Below the pieces are notes generated by a model, which saw only the letters and a program-made list of their open reading frames with translations, had not been told where the DNA came from and searched no databases. Made by a program: the position numbers and the translations under genes. Below, piece after piece: positions 14,058 through 27,002 of a stretch of DNA of 64,000 bases; position 1 is the stretch's first letter; each line of letters starts with the position of its first letter. The stretch is from the human T2T-CHM13v2.0 reference genome, Homo sapiens: the NCBI RefSeq assembly GCF_009914755.1, contig NC_060943.1. One strand, given 5' to 3'.

Positions 14058-14560
14058 ACGGTGAATTGACTGCAAAAAAAATAGCCACAGTTCTCCACCC
14101 CTCCCTGCCTCCAGGCCCCCAAGGACATTTTGCAGCTACTCCCTGAGGAGGTGGCATCTACTTCTCCAACCTAGCAGGGTGACCTGCTGTGGCTGACAGA
14201 ACCCAGTGGCAGTGAGTGTGTGTGCCAATGCGAGGCTGAGCTGCCACTCTCTTTGGCGCTTCTACTTCCACCAGGAGGACAGGCCCAGGTTGGCCTGCTG
14301 GAGGAGGAGATGCGTGGAGCAGAGCCACACTGGCCCCAGGGGCCCAGCCAAGGGCCCTAGGTGGAAGAAGATCCCACAGCCACCTTGCCAACCCGCAGAC
14401 AACCACAGGCCCATGAGTGAGCCCTGCCGGGCCTGGCTCAGATCCGTAGAGCCACAAATGACCCACTGTTGCACAGGGAAAAAAAAACACATGTTTACAA
14501 TTGCATGTCACCAGGTCTCAGTGGTTTTTATGCAGCGATTTTGTGACAACTGACACTGAC
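14058..14560 (+). mobile_element. Old MLT1 (MLT1G/H-like) LTR
   Basis: GAGGTGGCATCTACTTCTCC, GGCCTGCTGGAGGAGGAGA...GTGGAGCAGAG, and a terminal GTGGTTTTTATGCAGC...ACTGACA. Confidence 0.6.
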
Positions 14561-15205
14561 CTACCTTCTTTCACCACACTCCCACTCCAAAGCAATTTCT
14601 GGCTCTGGAGAGAATGGGGGTTGGGGAGAGTCTCAGCACAAACCCAGAACTACAGTTCAAAACTCAGAAACTATGATTCAGAGGCAAAGGGCTCCCTCCC
14701 CATAGACCATGGCAACAGCTCCACCACTAAGGGCCAAGTCACCAGATTGTCTGAGAGTCCCTCTGCTTGCACCACTAGTTTCCCTGATGAAAGGCAGAAA
14801 CGCCAGCCATCTCTGACCGAGGCCATCTCTGCATAGGGAGCTTCTGGCCCTCAGCTGTGGGGCTGGCACTGCAGAGAGGGCATCCCCACCCCTGCACGTG
14901 CCCACACAGGTGAAAGAAAGCCTGAGCAGCTGCCCCCAGCACAGGCTGGAAACCCTGGAGCTAGTCAGGAAGGCAGCCCCAGCAGAACTCTCCCCGGCCC
15001 CCAGTGGATGCCTCCAGGGAAACCCTCCCACCAGCCCCACACAGCCTCACAGAGGCACAGATCCTGGATTGTTTTAGCTCCATGCAGCCCAGCAGGGTTC
15101 TATCTAACACTTCCCTGAGTAATCATAACCTGCCAAGGTGATGGGGCATGTGCCCATCGGGGTGGCCATGGCAGGCAGCGTGGTGAGCTCTGTGATGCAG
15201 AGTCA

Positions 15206-15646
<441 letters not shown>

Positions 15647-15994
15647 CTAAAACTGCCCATAGCTTGTCTCATTTGAAAACACTTCCTGGAGAATCATCCC
15701 TCAATTTTCATTAATTATGAATGTAACTTTCCTCTTACTAAATTCAACTTTCTTTTTTCCAGTTGCTGTAAAGTCTCATTCCTCAGAGCCATCCAGGGTG
15801 CTCTCCTGGGCACAGTCACCTCTGTCTGGAATGCCTTTCCCTACTTTTCTATCCTGCAAACTCCTGCAAATCCTTCAAGACCTACCCCTTTTCCATGAAG
15901 TCTTCCATGATTTCCCTGAACAGTGTTAATGGCACCATCTTCTGGGCTTTCTGAAACCCAGGCTGTGTATTAATATCTCCATGGGTTCTGACCA

Positions 15995-16205
15995 CAGATC
16001 AGCAAACTGTGGCTCAAAGGCCAAATCCAACTCACCTCTCATTTGGCAAATAAAGTTTAATTGAAACAGAGCCAAGCCTATTCATTTACTTATTGACTAT
16101 GGCTACCATCAGACTACAATACTGATAGAGACGATATGGCCCAAAAAGCCAAAAATATGTGCTATCTAGTCCTTTACATAAGTATTTTTGTGCACTGAGC
16201 CCTGC
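15995..16205. mobile_element. MER58A (hAT-Charlie MITE)
   Basis: CAGCAAACTGTGGCTCAAAGGCCAAATCC...AAATAAAGTTTAATTGAAACAGAGCCA...GGCCCAAAAAGCCAAAAATAT. Confidence 0.8.
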
Positions 16206-16413
16206 CCGAGACTGTGCTCCTCTCTGGGGCTAGGACAAGCAAGAGGGCCGCTTGCCCTCTGGAAGAAAGCTTGCTGAATTAATGATTGGATGAATGAGTG
16301 AGTGATGGAGAAGCCCATGTTTTCAATTCAATGCACAATTCACTGGGCCAGTGTTTCCAGAGGGCCCCGCGGAACTCTGCATGGACCACCGCATGCATCA
16401 GGGTTTCAGTGTA

Positions 16414-16730
16414 TACTGTCCGCCCTCCACGCCCATGCATTCTGCATCTGCAGATTCAAAAATATCAAAAATCTTTGGGAAAAATCAATAAAAGCAATAC
16501 AAAAATTAAAAATAATACAATTTTTAAAATACCACGTAATACTTTGAACGTAGCATTTGCATTGTATTAGGTATCATAAGTAATCTAGAGATGATTTAAA
16601 GCACTTGACAAGATGTGTGTAGGCTATGTGCAAATGCAAGCCATTTTACATCACAGATTTGAGCATCCTTGGATTTGGGGAACCAAAGCAGGTCCTGGAA
16701 CCTATGTCCCGTGGATGCCCAGGGATGACC
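16414..16730. mobile_element. MER2/Tigger3-type TcMar-Tigger MITE
   Basis: CATTGTATTAGGTATCATAAGTAATCTAGAGATGATTTAAAG and GGTCCTGGAACC...CCCGTGGATGCCCAGGGATGAC. Confidence 0.85.
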
Positions 16731-16759
16731 AAAAGAAGGTGTTACAGGCTTCAAGGCGT

Positions 16760-17175
16760 ATGGGCAACCTGATATGCTGGACAGCGCCCTGCACCACATC
16801 TCAGCTCATCCTTTTGCTCCAGCAGTTGCAGGAGAAACCAGAAGGAGGTGCTGGCAGTGCCTCTGTGGCAATCCACGTGGCTTTCTCTGCTTTTGCCTCT
16901 GGGATACCCCAGATACCCAGGAAGCCACTCAGCCATCTGGTGCATATCCACCCTAGGAAGTGCAGGGGAGTTAAAATCCACAGCGACTCCAGTGGGCAAT
17001 TCTGATGCATGTTCTACACGCTGCCCCAGAGGGTCTCCAGTCACCCACCATGGTCTCCCTCCACCCCTCTTCACCTTTCCTGAGGGTGCACTCCTGCTTC
17101 CCGGGAACATATCCCCCAAATTAACTATCTACACACAAGCCATTGTCTCAGGCTCTGCTTCGGCTCGGGGTATGG
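16760..17175 (+). mobile_element. LTR16/LTR33-like ERVL LTR
   Basis: GGAAGTGCAGGGGAGTTAA and a 3' end CCCAAATTAACTATCTACACACAAGCCATTGTCTCAGGCTCTGCTT. Confidence 0.6.
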
Positions 17176-17282
17176 GATATCAGTCTCCAGCACCTGGGTT
17201 TAACCTGGTCTAAACCTTACGGCGGGACTTGTCAGCATCTTCTGTATCTTTAATACTCTGTCAATCTCCAGCAAGGACATCT

Positions 17283-17635
17283 GGTAAATCTGTTTCCTGG
17301 GGCTGCAGCAACAAAGTGCCACACGCCAGGTGGCTTACAACAGCAATTCATCCTCTCGCAGTTCTGGAGCCAAGAAGTCCAAGATCAAGGCGTCCACAGG
17401 TCCACGCTCCCTCTGAAAGCTCTAAGGGAGGGAGGCCCTCTCTGACACTTGTCAGTCTCCCTCTCATTCCTCTTCTGACACCACTAATTGGATTTGTGCC
17501 CCCCCAATCCAGAATGATCTCATCTGCAGATCATTTATTTAATTACATTTGCAAAAACCTTATTTCCAAGAAAGGTCCTATTTATAAGTACCAGGAGTTG
17601 GGACTTCGAAATTCTTCTGGAGGAACACTAGTCTG
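17283..17635 (-). mobile_element. MLT1B/C-like MaLR LTR
   Basis: GTTTCCTGGGGCTGCAGCAACAAAGTGCCAC...TAATTACATTTGCAAAAACCTTATTTCCAA. Confidence 0.75.
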
Positions 17636-18130
17636 CACAGGACGTTCAGTGAGTGGCATTTCTTACACTTCTTTGATGGTAAAACTTTTTTATCCACCAG
17701 AGTACCTCTCAGGACTGGTGCTCTTCAGGAAAATGTGTGTTCACCAGTGTTCCCCAAGAGGACGAAGGCCACCTCTGTCCTGTCCAATGCTGCAGCCCAG
17801 GACCTGGCGTGGTACCTGTCATAGACACTGTGCCAGCAAGCAGGCTGGGAGCAAGCTGCCCAGACAGGGAGAAGCTGGGAGAGAAATCTCAGCACAGGAG
17901 CAAGAGGGACACCCAGGAGGCTCATCCATGGTCCCTTGAGAGCTCCTGGGCTGCCTATCTGGAGCTCCAGAGAGCGGGCTGGACTGAGAGCTGAGCCAGC
18001 CCCGGGCTGGCCTCCCCGCTTCCCTGCGGGCAGAGCCTCCTCCAGCCACAGCCTGGCTGCTGGCACCAGTGCCTTCCTGCCTCGGGGAATGCCTGGTTAG
18101 CCCTGACTGGGAATTCAATGGGGGCCTGCA

Positions 18131-18198
18131 CCAAGCCCTCCACTCCATTAAGCTCCCCACTCCACCAAGCCCTCTACTCAACCAAGCCCTCCACTCCA
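18131..18198. repeat. 17-bp tandem repeat x4 (CCAAGCCCTCCACTCCA)
   Basis: Units start at 18131, 18148, 18165 and 18182. Confidence 0.9.
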
Positions 18199-19149
18199 CT
18201 TCCTGAACACTCAGAGAGTCTGATGGGGACAAACCAGGTGCTCTGAGGCACCCTTGGCAGACAGGCATGAAGGATTAGAAACCTCTCCTAAGGTACACTC
18301 ACACCTAGCCAGACACACCTCTCTGTGGGGCCAGACTGTTCTTGAAGCAGCCCTCTAGGGGCGCTTGCAGAGGGAGTGGGGCACTGTCCACACCTCTCCC
18401 AACCCGAGGAGCTCCCAATCCTTGCCTTCTGGGTAGGTATCAGCACAACTTCAACCTGTGGGAGGCCCCAGTTCTCCATTAACGCACTAGGACCACCTTC
18501 CAAAGGCCAGAAGCCAGTGCCGCTGGCACTTGGCTTGTGTTTCTCTTGAGGTTTGGAATGAAGCTGTCCATGAACTTTTAAAATGGCTGCTGGGCAGTGA
18601 GCCCCCAGGCTGCAGGTGCTGGGCCTTCTAGAGCTCCGAAACCTCCGCGTCAGGGGCCAACCCCTTCAGCAAGTTGCTTCTGCAGCAGTGAGTAACACAC
18701 CTGCACACGGACCAGCTTCCTCCCAGGGCCCTTCCTATGGAGGCCACTCCAGAATCCCTTCTCCTCGTCTGACCCTCTGGACCCTGGACTTCCACTGCAG
18801 CCTCCCCCAATTTCTGTGGCCTCCAAAAAGCAAACCCTCCAAAGAGAGGTGCCCCCACTCTAACAATACACTGAGTTGGACAAGGCAGTGCTGGTGAGCC
18901 CAAGACCCTCCCCAGGGGGTGCGGTCCCTGCAGGGTCTCATTAGGTGTTAGTGGTGTCCCCGGGGAGGGTCTCACCCTCCCCTCGCCTCCTCCAGCCGCT
19001 GACCAGCACAGGGCCCCACATACAGGAGCTTAGAGCGGGTTTGCTGACTCATTGGAAGGCAACCAGCAGGTAGGGTTTCCAGGCTCTGCCTCAGGAGGCA
19101 GCCTGAGATGGACCTACCAGTCATCTTCATGGGCAGAGCAGAAGTGCAG

Positions 19150-19340
19150 AGGAAGCAGGCATTTGTATTTGATCAGGTTTTTATTCCTGGCTCAGCCTGC
19201 AAACAGTAAACATTTCATTGCTTGTCTCACAATTACATTAAAAGGTAGATAAACCCCTTCTAGCTTACATTTGGCATTTCAGCCTCTAATCCAACAAATC
19301 GCCCTTTATCCCCTCTTTCATACGCACGTGCGCACACACT
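19150..19340. promoter_or_regulatory. Candidate enhancer island
   Basis: AT-rich unique sequence in GC-rich flanks; GTAAACA, CAATTA, AGATAA, TAATCC, palindrome CGCACGTGCG 19323-19332. Confidence 0.4.
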
Positions 19341-21223
19341 CGGGGCTCTGTGACCGGCAGGGAGCTCCCGCCTCCCATCTTCAGCAGAGCAGCCCGGCTC
19401 CCGGCTTCAGGGCCACACACAGCAGGGCCCCAGCTCTGGCCAGGCTCTTACTTGCAGGACTTCTCAGGACCTTCGTATCCTATAGCAGCTTTTCCTAAAT
19501 GCCCTGGATTGTAAAAGGCCCAGCCCACATGAGTCAGTAAAGGAGGAGACAAGTAGGGCCCCATCTGCTGCAGCCAGGACCGGTGGCGCCCATTGTGTCA
19601 TGTCTGTCCCACCCTCGTGAGCAGCAGAGCCAGAGCTGAGCACAGCCTGGGGTCGTGTCACCAGGTCCAGGTGCTCCCCAGGGAGGTCTGGGGCTGGGGA
19701 AAGCCCTGAGCCACTGTGGAGGGGAGGGGCCCGGGCTGGAAGCAGAACATCTTCTTTCTGAACCCGCTGGGGCCTGCAGCACTGTGTGAGCTCAACCCAG
19801 CTCTCAACTGCCTCTGGGCCTTCTCTCGCATCTCCAGGTACACAAGCACAGCATGGATCACATCTGGGGCCGCATCCAGCCACTTGATTCCTTGGGAAGC
19901 AACCCCACAGTCCTTCAAGCACACTCCCTGTTCCCAGGAGAAGCTGCACATGGTGAGGCCACCATAGCCTGCTGGTGGCAGCCTGTTGGCCCTGACCCAT
20001 ACCAGGCTGCCCGTGCCAGGCAGCCCATGCCAGCTCAGGGCTCCCTTCTCCCTGCCCTACAGCTCACAAACCCAGGCCTTGATTCTCTTCCCCTAAAGGC
20101 AAGGACCCTCTCTTCCCAGTGCCTCTCCCTCTGCCCTTCCTGTGTCTGGCCTTCCCCAGAATACCAGTTCAAAGCCAGGGAAATCTAGGCTCCTGTGGCC
20201 ACATGTGCCAGAGGCGACATACGCCCAGCTTTGGGGGCCTATGTGCTCCAGGAACATGCATATCCAGGAAGGCAGTCAGCATCCACCTGCCCCACACTCC
20301 TCCCTTGATCTGGGGGTAACTTCCCTCTCCAAATGAGGGGTGCTTTTGGAGACTTCCCACCATCATCCCCAAAAGCCCTGTGACCTGAGCCAAACCAGTT
20401 AGGCTCCTTCCCTGAAACTTTTCCCACCGGAACTAGGGAAGAGAGGCCACCCATCACTCCTGAGGGGGTGGGGCAAGTAGCTCTCAGAGGTGGTATGCAT
20501 TAAAGAGAGAGACACGGAGCAGGGTGGGGAACTGATCCCTGAGATAGCCCGATGCTTGGTCCCATTGTCCCTGGGGCTCAGTGGCCCTGGCCGGTGCACC
20601 CAAGCTTGCTTACATTGGGTTTGGCTGCTGCTGGGGAGCCCCAGTTGCTCCTGTGACCCACCCCCACCCTTCTGCTTCCACTCAGTGGCACAGTGCAGGG
20701 AGGACCCTGGGGTAGCGGTTGGGTGTCACTCCACCAGGAAACCCCGGTCACAGCTTGCCCCTCTTGGGCACAGTTTCCCATCTGTGGCATGATCATATTG
20801 CCTTGGGTGGTCTCAGTGGCTTTCCAAACTCAAAGGGTGGCGGCTCCTGGCTCAGGTGCTGAACCTGCCCTGCTGTGTGGCCACAAGGAAGTAGCTCGAC
20901 CTCTCTGACGCTCTGCTTCCTCACCTAGGGACTTCGAATAATATCACCCCTCCCCTCACAGAGTCAGTAGGACACAATGAGCTGGGGGTTTTCACACGCC
21001 TAGCACAGTGCCTGGCACGTGGTGAGAGCTGGTTGTGGGAAGCCATCATCATCCCAGCACCTCAACTCCCACACACCTGAGCCTAAGACCCCCAGGAACA
21101 CGCAGCACCCACTGGCTGGGGCCTCCTCCTTCCCCAGTAAAGAGCCACACCCTGAACTGGGGCTTCTGCCTCATAAGTGAATACCTATGACGATCCTGAT
21201 GACCCCAGTAATGACGCATAAGC

Positions 21224-21224
21224 A

Positions 21225-21263
<39 letters not shown>

Positions 21264-21680
21264 TCACATGCCTGTACATAGTCTCACACACAGTCTCACA
21301 CATGCACACTCACACAAGTTCACACACATGCTTACAGATGCACATTCCCATACATCCACATGCATCCACATACATGTGCACACACATACACATAACGGGT
21401 ACAATTCACACATCTGTACATGGTCTCACCATGCTCTCATAATTGACACATGCTCATATGCTCACACAGATGCCACTCACATACTTATACATGCTCACAC
21501 ATGTGTACAAATTCACATGTGCACACAATCACACAGTGCTGCCACACTCACACTGACGCGCACACACACTCATGCACAGGAAAACATATACACACGTGCC
21601 CTCTCAAGTGGGTGCAGGCACTGATCATCACATAGGTACACAGTCATGCACACATGCACATACCGAGTGTGTGCACACCC
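21224..21680. repeat. (CA)n microsatellite followed by degenerate CA-rich low-complexity sequence
   Basis: Direct inspection. Confidence 0.9.
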
Positions 21681-21681
21681 T

Positions 21682-22205
21682 CACTCACACATACACTCAC
21701 GCACACCTCCCCCGGCCTCCTCTCCACCCACACTCACACATACACTCACACACACCTCCCCCGGCCTCGTCTCCACCCACACTCACACATACACTCGCAC
21801 ACACCTCCTCCGGCCTCGTCTCCACCCACACTCACACATACACTCACACACACCTCCCCCGGCCTCCTCTCCACCCACACTCACGCATACACTCACACAC
21901 ACCTCCCCCGGCCTCCTCTCCACCCACACTCACACACACCTCCCCCAGCCTCCTCTCCACCCACACTCACACATACACTCACACACACCTCCCCCGGCCT
22001 CATCTCCACCCACACTCACACATACACTCACACACACCTTCCCCGGCCTCCTCTCCACCCACACTCACACATACACTCGCACACACCTCCCCCGGCCTCG
22101 TCTCCACCCACACTCACACATAAATTCTCACACACCTCCCCCGGCCTCGTCTCCACCCACACTCACACATACGCTCACACCCACCTGTCCCAGCCTCCTC
22201 TCCGC
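21682..22205. repeat. 49-bp minisatellite, ~11 units
   Basis: Unit CACTCACACATACACTCACACACACCTCCCCCGGCCTC(C/G)TCTCCACCCA; starts at 21682, 21731, 21780, 21829, 21878, 21927 (37-bp variant), 21964, 22013, 22062, 22111, 22160 (degenerate). Confidence 0.95.
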
Positions 22206-22319
22206 TCAGAACATATTAGCTGTCTTTTCAGCCCAATCAACCCACTTTTTAAGTCCCCAGCTGGAAGGGGATGGCCATGATCAGACTGAGACCTTACATG
22301 CCACGTCTCAGCCCTAGAG

Positions 22320-22625
22320 TTTTTATGGCCCAGTTTTAAACCTCTGATAATGGAGGTTTATGGTGCCAGTGCAGACACGGCCTGGGCAGGGGAACGGTGA
22401 GCGGGGCTGGAGTGGAGACAGGCAGTGTGCAGGGCGAGAGCGAGCGTGTCAGTCCCGCCAGCCCATGACTCACAGGACGTGCAGCATTAGGGGAATTATC
22501 AGCGTCAGCCCTGATGATTTCCTGGCCCTCGTGTAAAAACCATCATATATTTTCCTAATATCTGGTCTCAATTTCCTCTCCAATTAATGGTATTTCCAAC
22601 CCATAATACACTGATTTGGCTTTCC
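22320..22625. promoter_or_regulatory. Candidate enhancer island
   Basis: TTTATGG x2 (CDX/posterior HOX-like), TGACTCA (AP-1), TGATAA, CAATTAATGG. Confidence 0.4.
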
Positions 22626-23772
22626 ACTTGTGCTCTCTGAAAGCACAAAAGGGTCCACAGACACCGACTTTCTCCATCACGGGGGGCTAGAGCTGCCCCC
22701 ACCTTGCCTTTATTGTTTAAATCACCGCTTTATGAATCATCGATTTCTGATTCTTCCAGCTACCTGTGGAAGTGCTAGATGCACTAAGAAGATGGGAACA
22801 GGAAGGCTCAGTGTCCCCTTCTGAGGGGAAGGCAGGACTCCCTAATCCCCAGAGCACTGATTTGGTGCCCAAGAGCAGCCCACTGGCGCAAGGCAGGGCG
22901 CTAAGGTGATGATGTGGCTGAGAAGCATCTCCCCGGGCCCGTGTCATCAGAAGAGCCAGGCTATCACACTTCCTCTCTAGTGCAGGTACCAGAGGAAACT
23001 GTCTAACGCTGGGGCCAGAGCACCTAGGGACCAGCAGGGGACATAATTTATAGGAAGAAAGCCTGCTCTTCACTGCTGCAGAGCTACCCTGTTGGGTTAA
23101 GCATTGCCCTACTGGTTCTGCTTTTTAAAGTTCCAGAGAAGACCCAGGCTGACCGTTCTGGCACCTGGCTGAGGCTGAGTGCAGGGCAGGGTGGGTGGGT
23201 CCCTCGGCAGTGGGAGGACAGGACAGCAGGAGTAATGAGACTGCCTGCTCAGACGGCATCTGCCACTCACAGAGACTCAGCCTCCTGGCCCACAGGTGTT
23301 GGATCCAGCCCGTCACTGGAGCGATGGAGAAACTGAGGCCTGTGGGCCTGGGGTCAAGGCCAGAGTTGGCCACCACAGGGAGTGATCTGGCTAATCCAGG
23401 CCCCCCCAGCTGCCTTCTTCAGGGGTCACCCAATCCGCAGAGCTGTGGGCCAAGAGACACCTCCTCCAAGGAAGCCCTCCAGACCACCCTTTCAGCAAGC
23501 CCTGCTGTCATGGCCTGGCCTGGCCACGTCCTTCTAGACCAGGGGTCACAGACAAACTGAAGCAAGCCAGGTCCAGCCCAGGGAGGTGTCGTTTTTGTCA
23601 TGTGTTTTATTTTTAATTTTTGGAATTCAGTTTTAGAATTAGATTTTTACACACACACTAGATTTTCATCGTCCCTTGAACCATTGGAGACCCATGTTCC
23701 TGCAGGAAGCAGGGAGACATCTGGCTGGAATGAGGTGGCAGCTGTGACCCTGACCCTCCCAACCCCCACCAC

Positions 23773-23806
<34 letters not shown>

Positions 23807-24484
23807 TCACACACAGCTCCTGGAATGTGACTTTTTATGCTGTGGAAATGCTCAACATGACCCTGTGCATGATTCTGAGCTCCAAGAGCAGACGTCGGTA
23901 CTGCAAGCCCGCCCTGCCCTGCCAGCCTTGGTAAGGGACCCCCCAGCACTCAGAGGTGACCAGTCTTTGACCCCTGGCTCCAGGAGGAGACAGCTGGCCT
24001 GTTGCTCACCCTACTGCCAGGCTATTCTGGAGGTGGCACAGTGCCCAGCTTCCCACAGACCCATCCCTGGGGACCATGTTTCCTGAGACCCCTGCTCTCC
24101 CACCCAGAAGCCCAGAGCCCAGAAAAAGAATGAGGGCCACGAGGCCATGGAGAGATCCATGATCCATCTCCTTCCCTCCCTCCCTGACACTCAGCGTCCA
24201 CTACACACTTCGGCTTTGCCTCGTGAATGCCTATGTGCAAACCAGGCAGGACACGGGCACGTGCTGCCAATCCAGGAGGTGGCATGACATTTCTCATGTG
24301 CCTAGGGAGACATGAACTGGGGAGAATGGGTCACAGATGTCCACCCAGAAAATCAGAGGCTCCACTCTACCTGGAACCCCAATCCTCCTCACTCCAGGCC
24401 CAGACCTCTGGCTCTTTGCAGGGACTACCTGTCACCTGAGAAATGTTTCTGAGAGAAGTGATGCCAGATATAAAAGTATATAAG

Positions 24485-24536
24485 TGTATGCATGTGTGTG
24501 TGTGTGTGCATGCATGTGTGTGTGTGTGTGTGTGTA
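24485..24536. repeat. (TG)n with embedded TGCA units
   Basis: Direct inspection. Confidence 0.9.
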
Positions 24537-24868
24537 CTTTTCCTCAGAAGAGGGATAATTTGTTGGAAAGTACAGATTCAAAATAAAGTTCTAAATATAT
24601 TAGCCAGTCAAAAATCCTGGTAGAAAGCATTTCCTTCCTTTCCTATGTATGGAGCATTTAGGTTTGGAGACATCTCAAACTCCAGCACCCTCGCAGAGGT
24701 CAGTCAAGTGGCAGAAATGACAGGAGAGGCAGATGCAGGGCAAGAGGGAGGAATGAGGTTTGTGTCCTCATGGGACTGCACTCATCAAGATAAAATCCCA
24801 TGATGACACCCAGCCAGTCAGGGTGATGGTGACAGGCCGTTCATGTGGCATATGTTACCAGCACCCCC

Positions 24869-25226
24869 TGACATGGTTTAGCTGTGTCCCCATCCAAATC
24901 TCATTTTGAACTGTAACTCAACAATTCCCATGTGTCATGGGAGGAACCCGGTGGGAGGTGATTGAATTATGGTGGTGGGTCTTTCCTGTGCTGTTCTCGT
25001 GATAGTGAATGAGTCTCATGAGATCTGATGGTTTTAAAAAGGGGAGTTTCCCTTCACAAGCTCTCTTCTCTTGTCTGCCACCATGTGAGATGTGCCTTTC
25101 ATCTTCCACCATGATTATGAGGTCTCCCCAGCCATGTGGAACTATAAGCCCAATAAACCTCTTTCTTTTGTAAATTGCCCAGTCTCGGGTATGTCTTTAT
25201 CAGCAGCATGAAAACAGACTAATACT
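24869..25226 (+). mobile_element. Solo THE1A-like LTR
   Basis: TGACATGGTTTAGCTGTGTCCCC...TGTAAATTGCCCAGTCTCGGGTATGTCTTTATCAGCAGC...; TSD CCCCC / CCCCC. Confidence 0.92.
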
Positions 25227-25906
25227 CCCCCTTACTTTATGAGAAATGTACCTACTCTGGAGGATGTAAACTCAGCATGTTCCTAGGAGAATGATTTGTG
25301 AGGATAACATCTTATGGTGATGGGAAAAGGCATTAAACAACTGTGCCACACAGCCTAGGGGAGCTGCCCAAACACAGAAGGGCCAATGCAGCTCCAGAGC
25401 CACCGGTCTGGGAGCCCTGGAATGGGCTTGATGTCCTGTTCCACTTTGCCCCAGGGACCTTGGCTAGACTCAAGTCACCTGATTCTGATTGCTGAACTCC
25501 ATCCCCAGCCCCAACCAGGCAAGGCAGTGGGTCCTGAGGGGAAGTCAGAGCAAGCCAGGTTGGAAGAGGGCTATGCCAGACCCAAAGGAGGATGGGGGGC
25601 ATGGCAGGCAGTAATTGTTGCAGTGTCTCAGAGGGGTCCTAATTGTGGCTTCCCAGAAAGCAGGCATACTTGTCAGGGAGCTGGGAGATGGCAGAGACTC
25701 AGCCATGGTTTAAAGCCAGAAGCCAGAGCAAGGGTGGAGGCAGGGCAACACTTCCACCGTCTCTTCCCACTTGGTGCTCACACCTGAGAAGCCAAGGACC
25801 AAGAAGAGTGCAGAGCTTGGGGCAGGCCCTGCCCTCCCTGCCTAGCCAGCACGTCCTCCTGGTCTCCCTGTGCACCTAACCACCCTCTATATGACCCATG
25901 GCCATC

Positions 25907-26302
25907 TGTCTCAATCTGTTCAGGCTATTATAACAAAATCCCATATACTGGGTGGCTTAAACAACACCTTTTTTTCTCACAGTTCTGGAGACTGGGAAGT
26001 CCAAGACCAAGGCAGAGTCGGTGTCTTGAGAGGGCCCTCTTGCTGATTCATAGATGGCCGTCTCCTCACTGTGTCCTCACATGGTAGAAGAGATGATGGA
26101 GCTCTCTGAGATCTCTTTTATAAGGCCACTAATCCCATTCATGAGAACTCCACACTCATGACCTGATCAAATACCCCATCTCCTAAAACAAATGCCCCAC
26201 CTCCTAAAACCAAATGCCCCGCTTCCTAAAGCCATCACCTTAGGGGTTAGGATTTCAGCATATACATTTAGGGGGAGGGACAGAAGAATGTAGTCCACAG
26301 CC
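25907..26302 (-). mobile_element. MLT1A0-like LTR with an internal ~21-bp triplication
   Basis: Antisense MLT1A0 pattern; CAAAT(A/G)CCCC..CTCCTAAA-like unit x3 at ~26168-26232. Confidence 0.85.
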
Positions 26303-26814
26303 TCATGTAAGAGGGAGCAATCATGAGTCACTGTTCTGCCTAGAACCCTCCAACGTGCCCTTGAATCCTGGTGTTTGCAGCACTCCAGGCACCCCCTGCC
26401 CACGACAGGCACCCAGTGCAGCCTGGCTCTCCAAAACACCACTGGGCCCCTCTACCCACTCTCTGCAGCATCTGGGGACTGAGGATCAGCCCTCCCAAAT
26501 CAGCCAAGAAGATGTCCTACCCTCCTGCCTGCCTTTCCCTATCACCCCAGCCTGCTCCCCAAGGGAATGCTTTGAAGCTTAAAAGGTACTCTCCTCTCTG
26601 CCTTTAAGAAGAGCTTTGAGGCCTGAGCTGCCACCAGAAGTTGCTGGCTTGGGTCTTGGGGCATTTGGGAAGCTGTGCCCCTCACTGTGCCTACCTCACT
26701 CTCAGCTCCAGCCACACTGGCCTCCTTGGAGTGCCTCTGAAAGGCCAGAATCCCTCCTGCCGAGAATCTTGGCACAACTTGTACTCCACAGCCCCCGATC
26801 CTCTTGCTTGCTCA

Positions 26815-27002
26815 TGGTTCTCAGTCAGGGGATACTGGATGATGTCTGGAGGCATTCTTGTTGTCACACCTGGGGGAATACTATTGGCATCTAGAGTGTG
26901 GAGGCCAGGGATACTATAAACATCTTACAATGCAAGGGCAGCCCCCACAACAAAGAATCATTCAGCCCCAAAAGCCAGGAGTGCTGAAGCCAAGAAACCC
27001 TG
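26815..27002. mobile_element. MER20 (hAT-Charlie)
   Basis: GTTGTCACACCTGGGGG...TATTGGCATCTAG...GAGGCCAGGGATACT...CCCCCACAACAAAGAAT...AGAAACCCTG. Confidence 0.85.

Noticed and set aside
17229-17939. 236-aa ORF
   Set aside because: Largely antisense MLT1 LTR sequence with a non-ATG start.
21682-22205. CRISPR-like array or PRDM9 motif array
   Set aside because: Units are contiguous with no unique spacers, and I found no exact CCNCCNTNNCCNC match.
21572-22317. H/T/P-rich ORFs of 183-223 aa
   Set aside because: Open in all three frames because of the CA-rich minisatellite; no gene context.
24869-25226. THE1 recombination-hotspot motif
   Set aside because: The sequence reads GTCTCCCCAGCCAT, not CCTCCCTAGCCAC; the THE1 at 13461 also lacks it.
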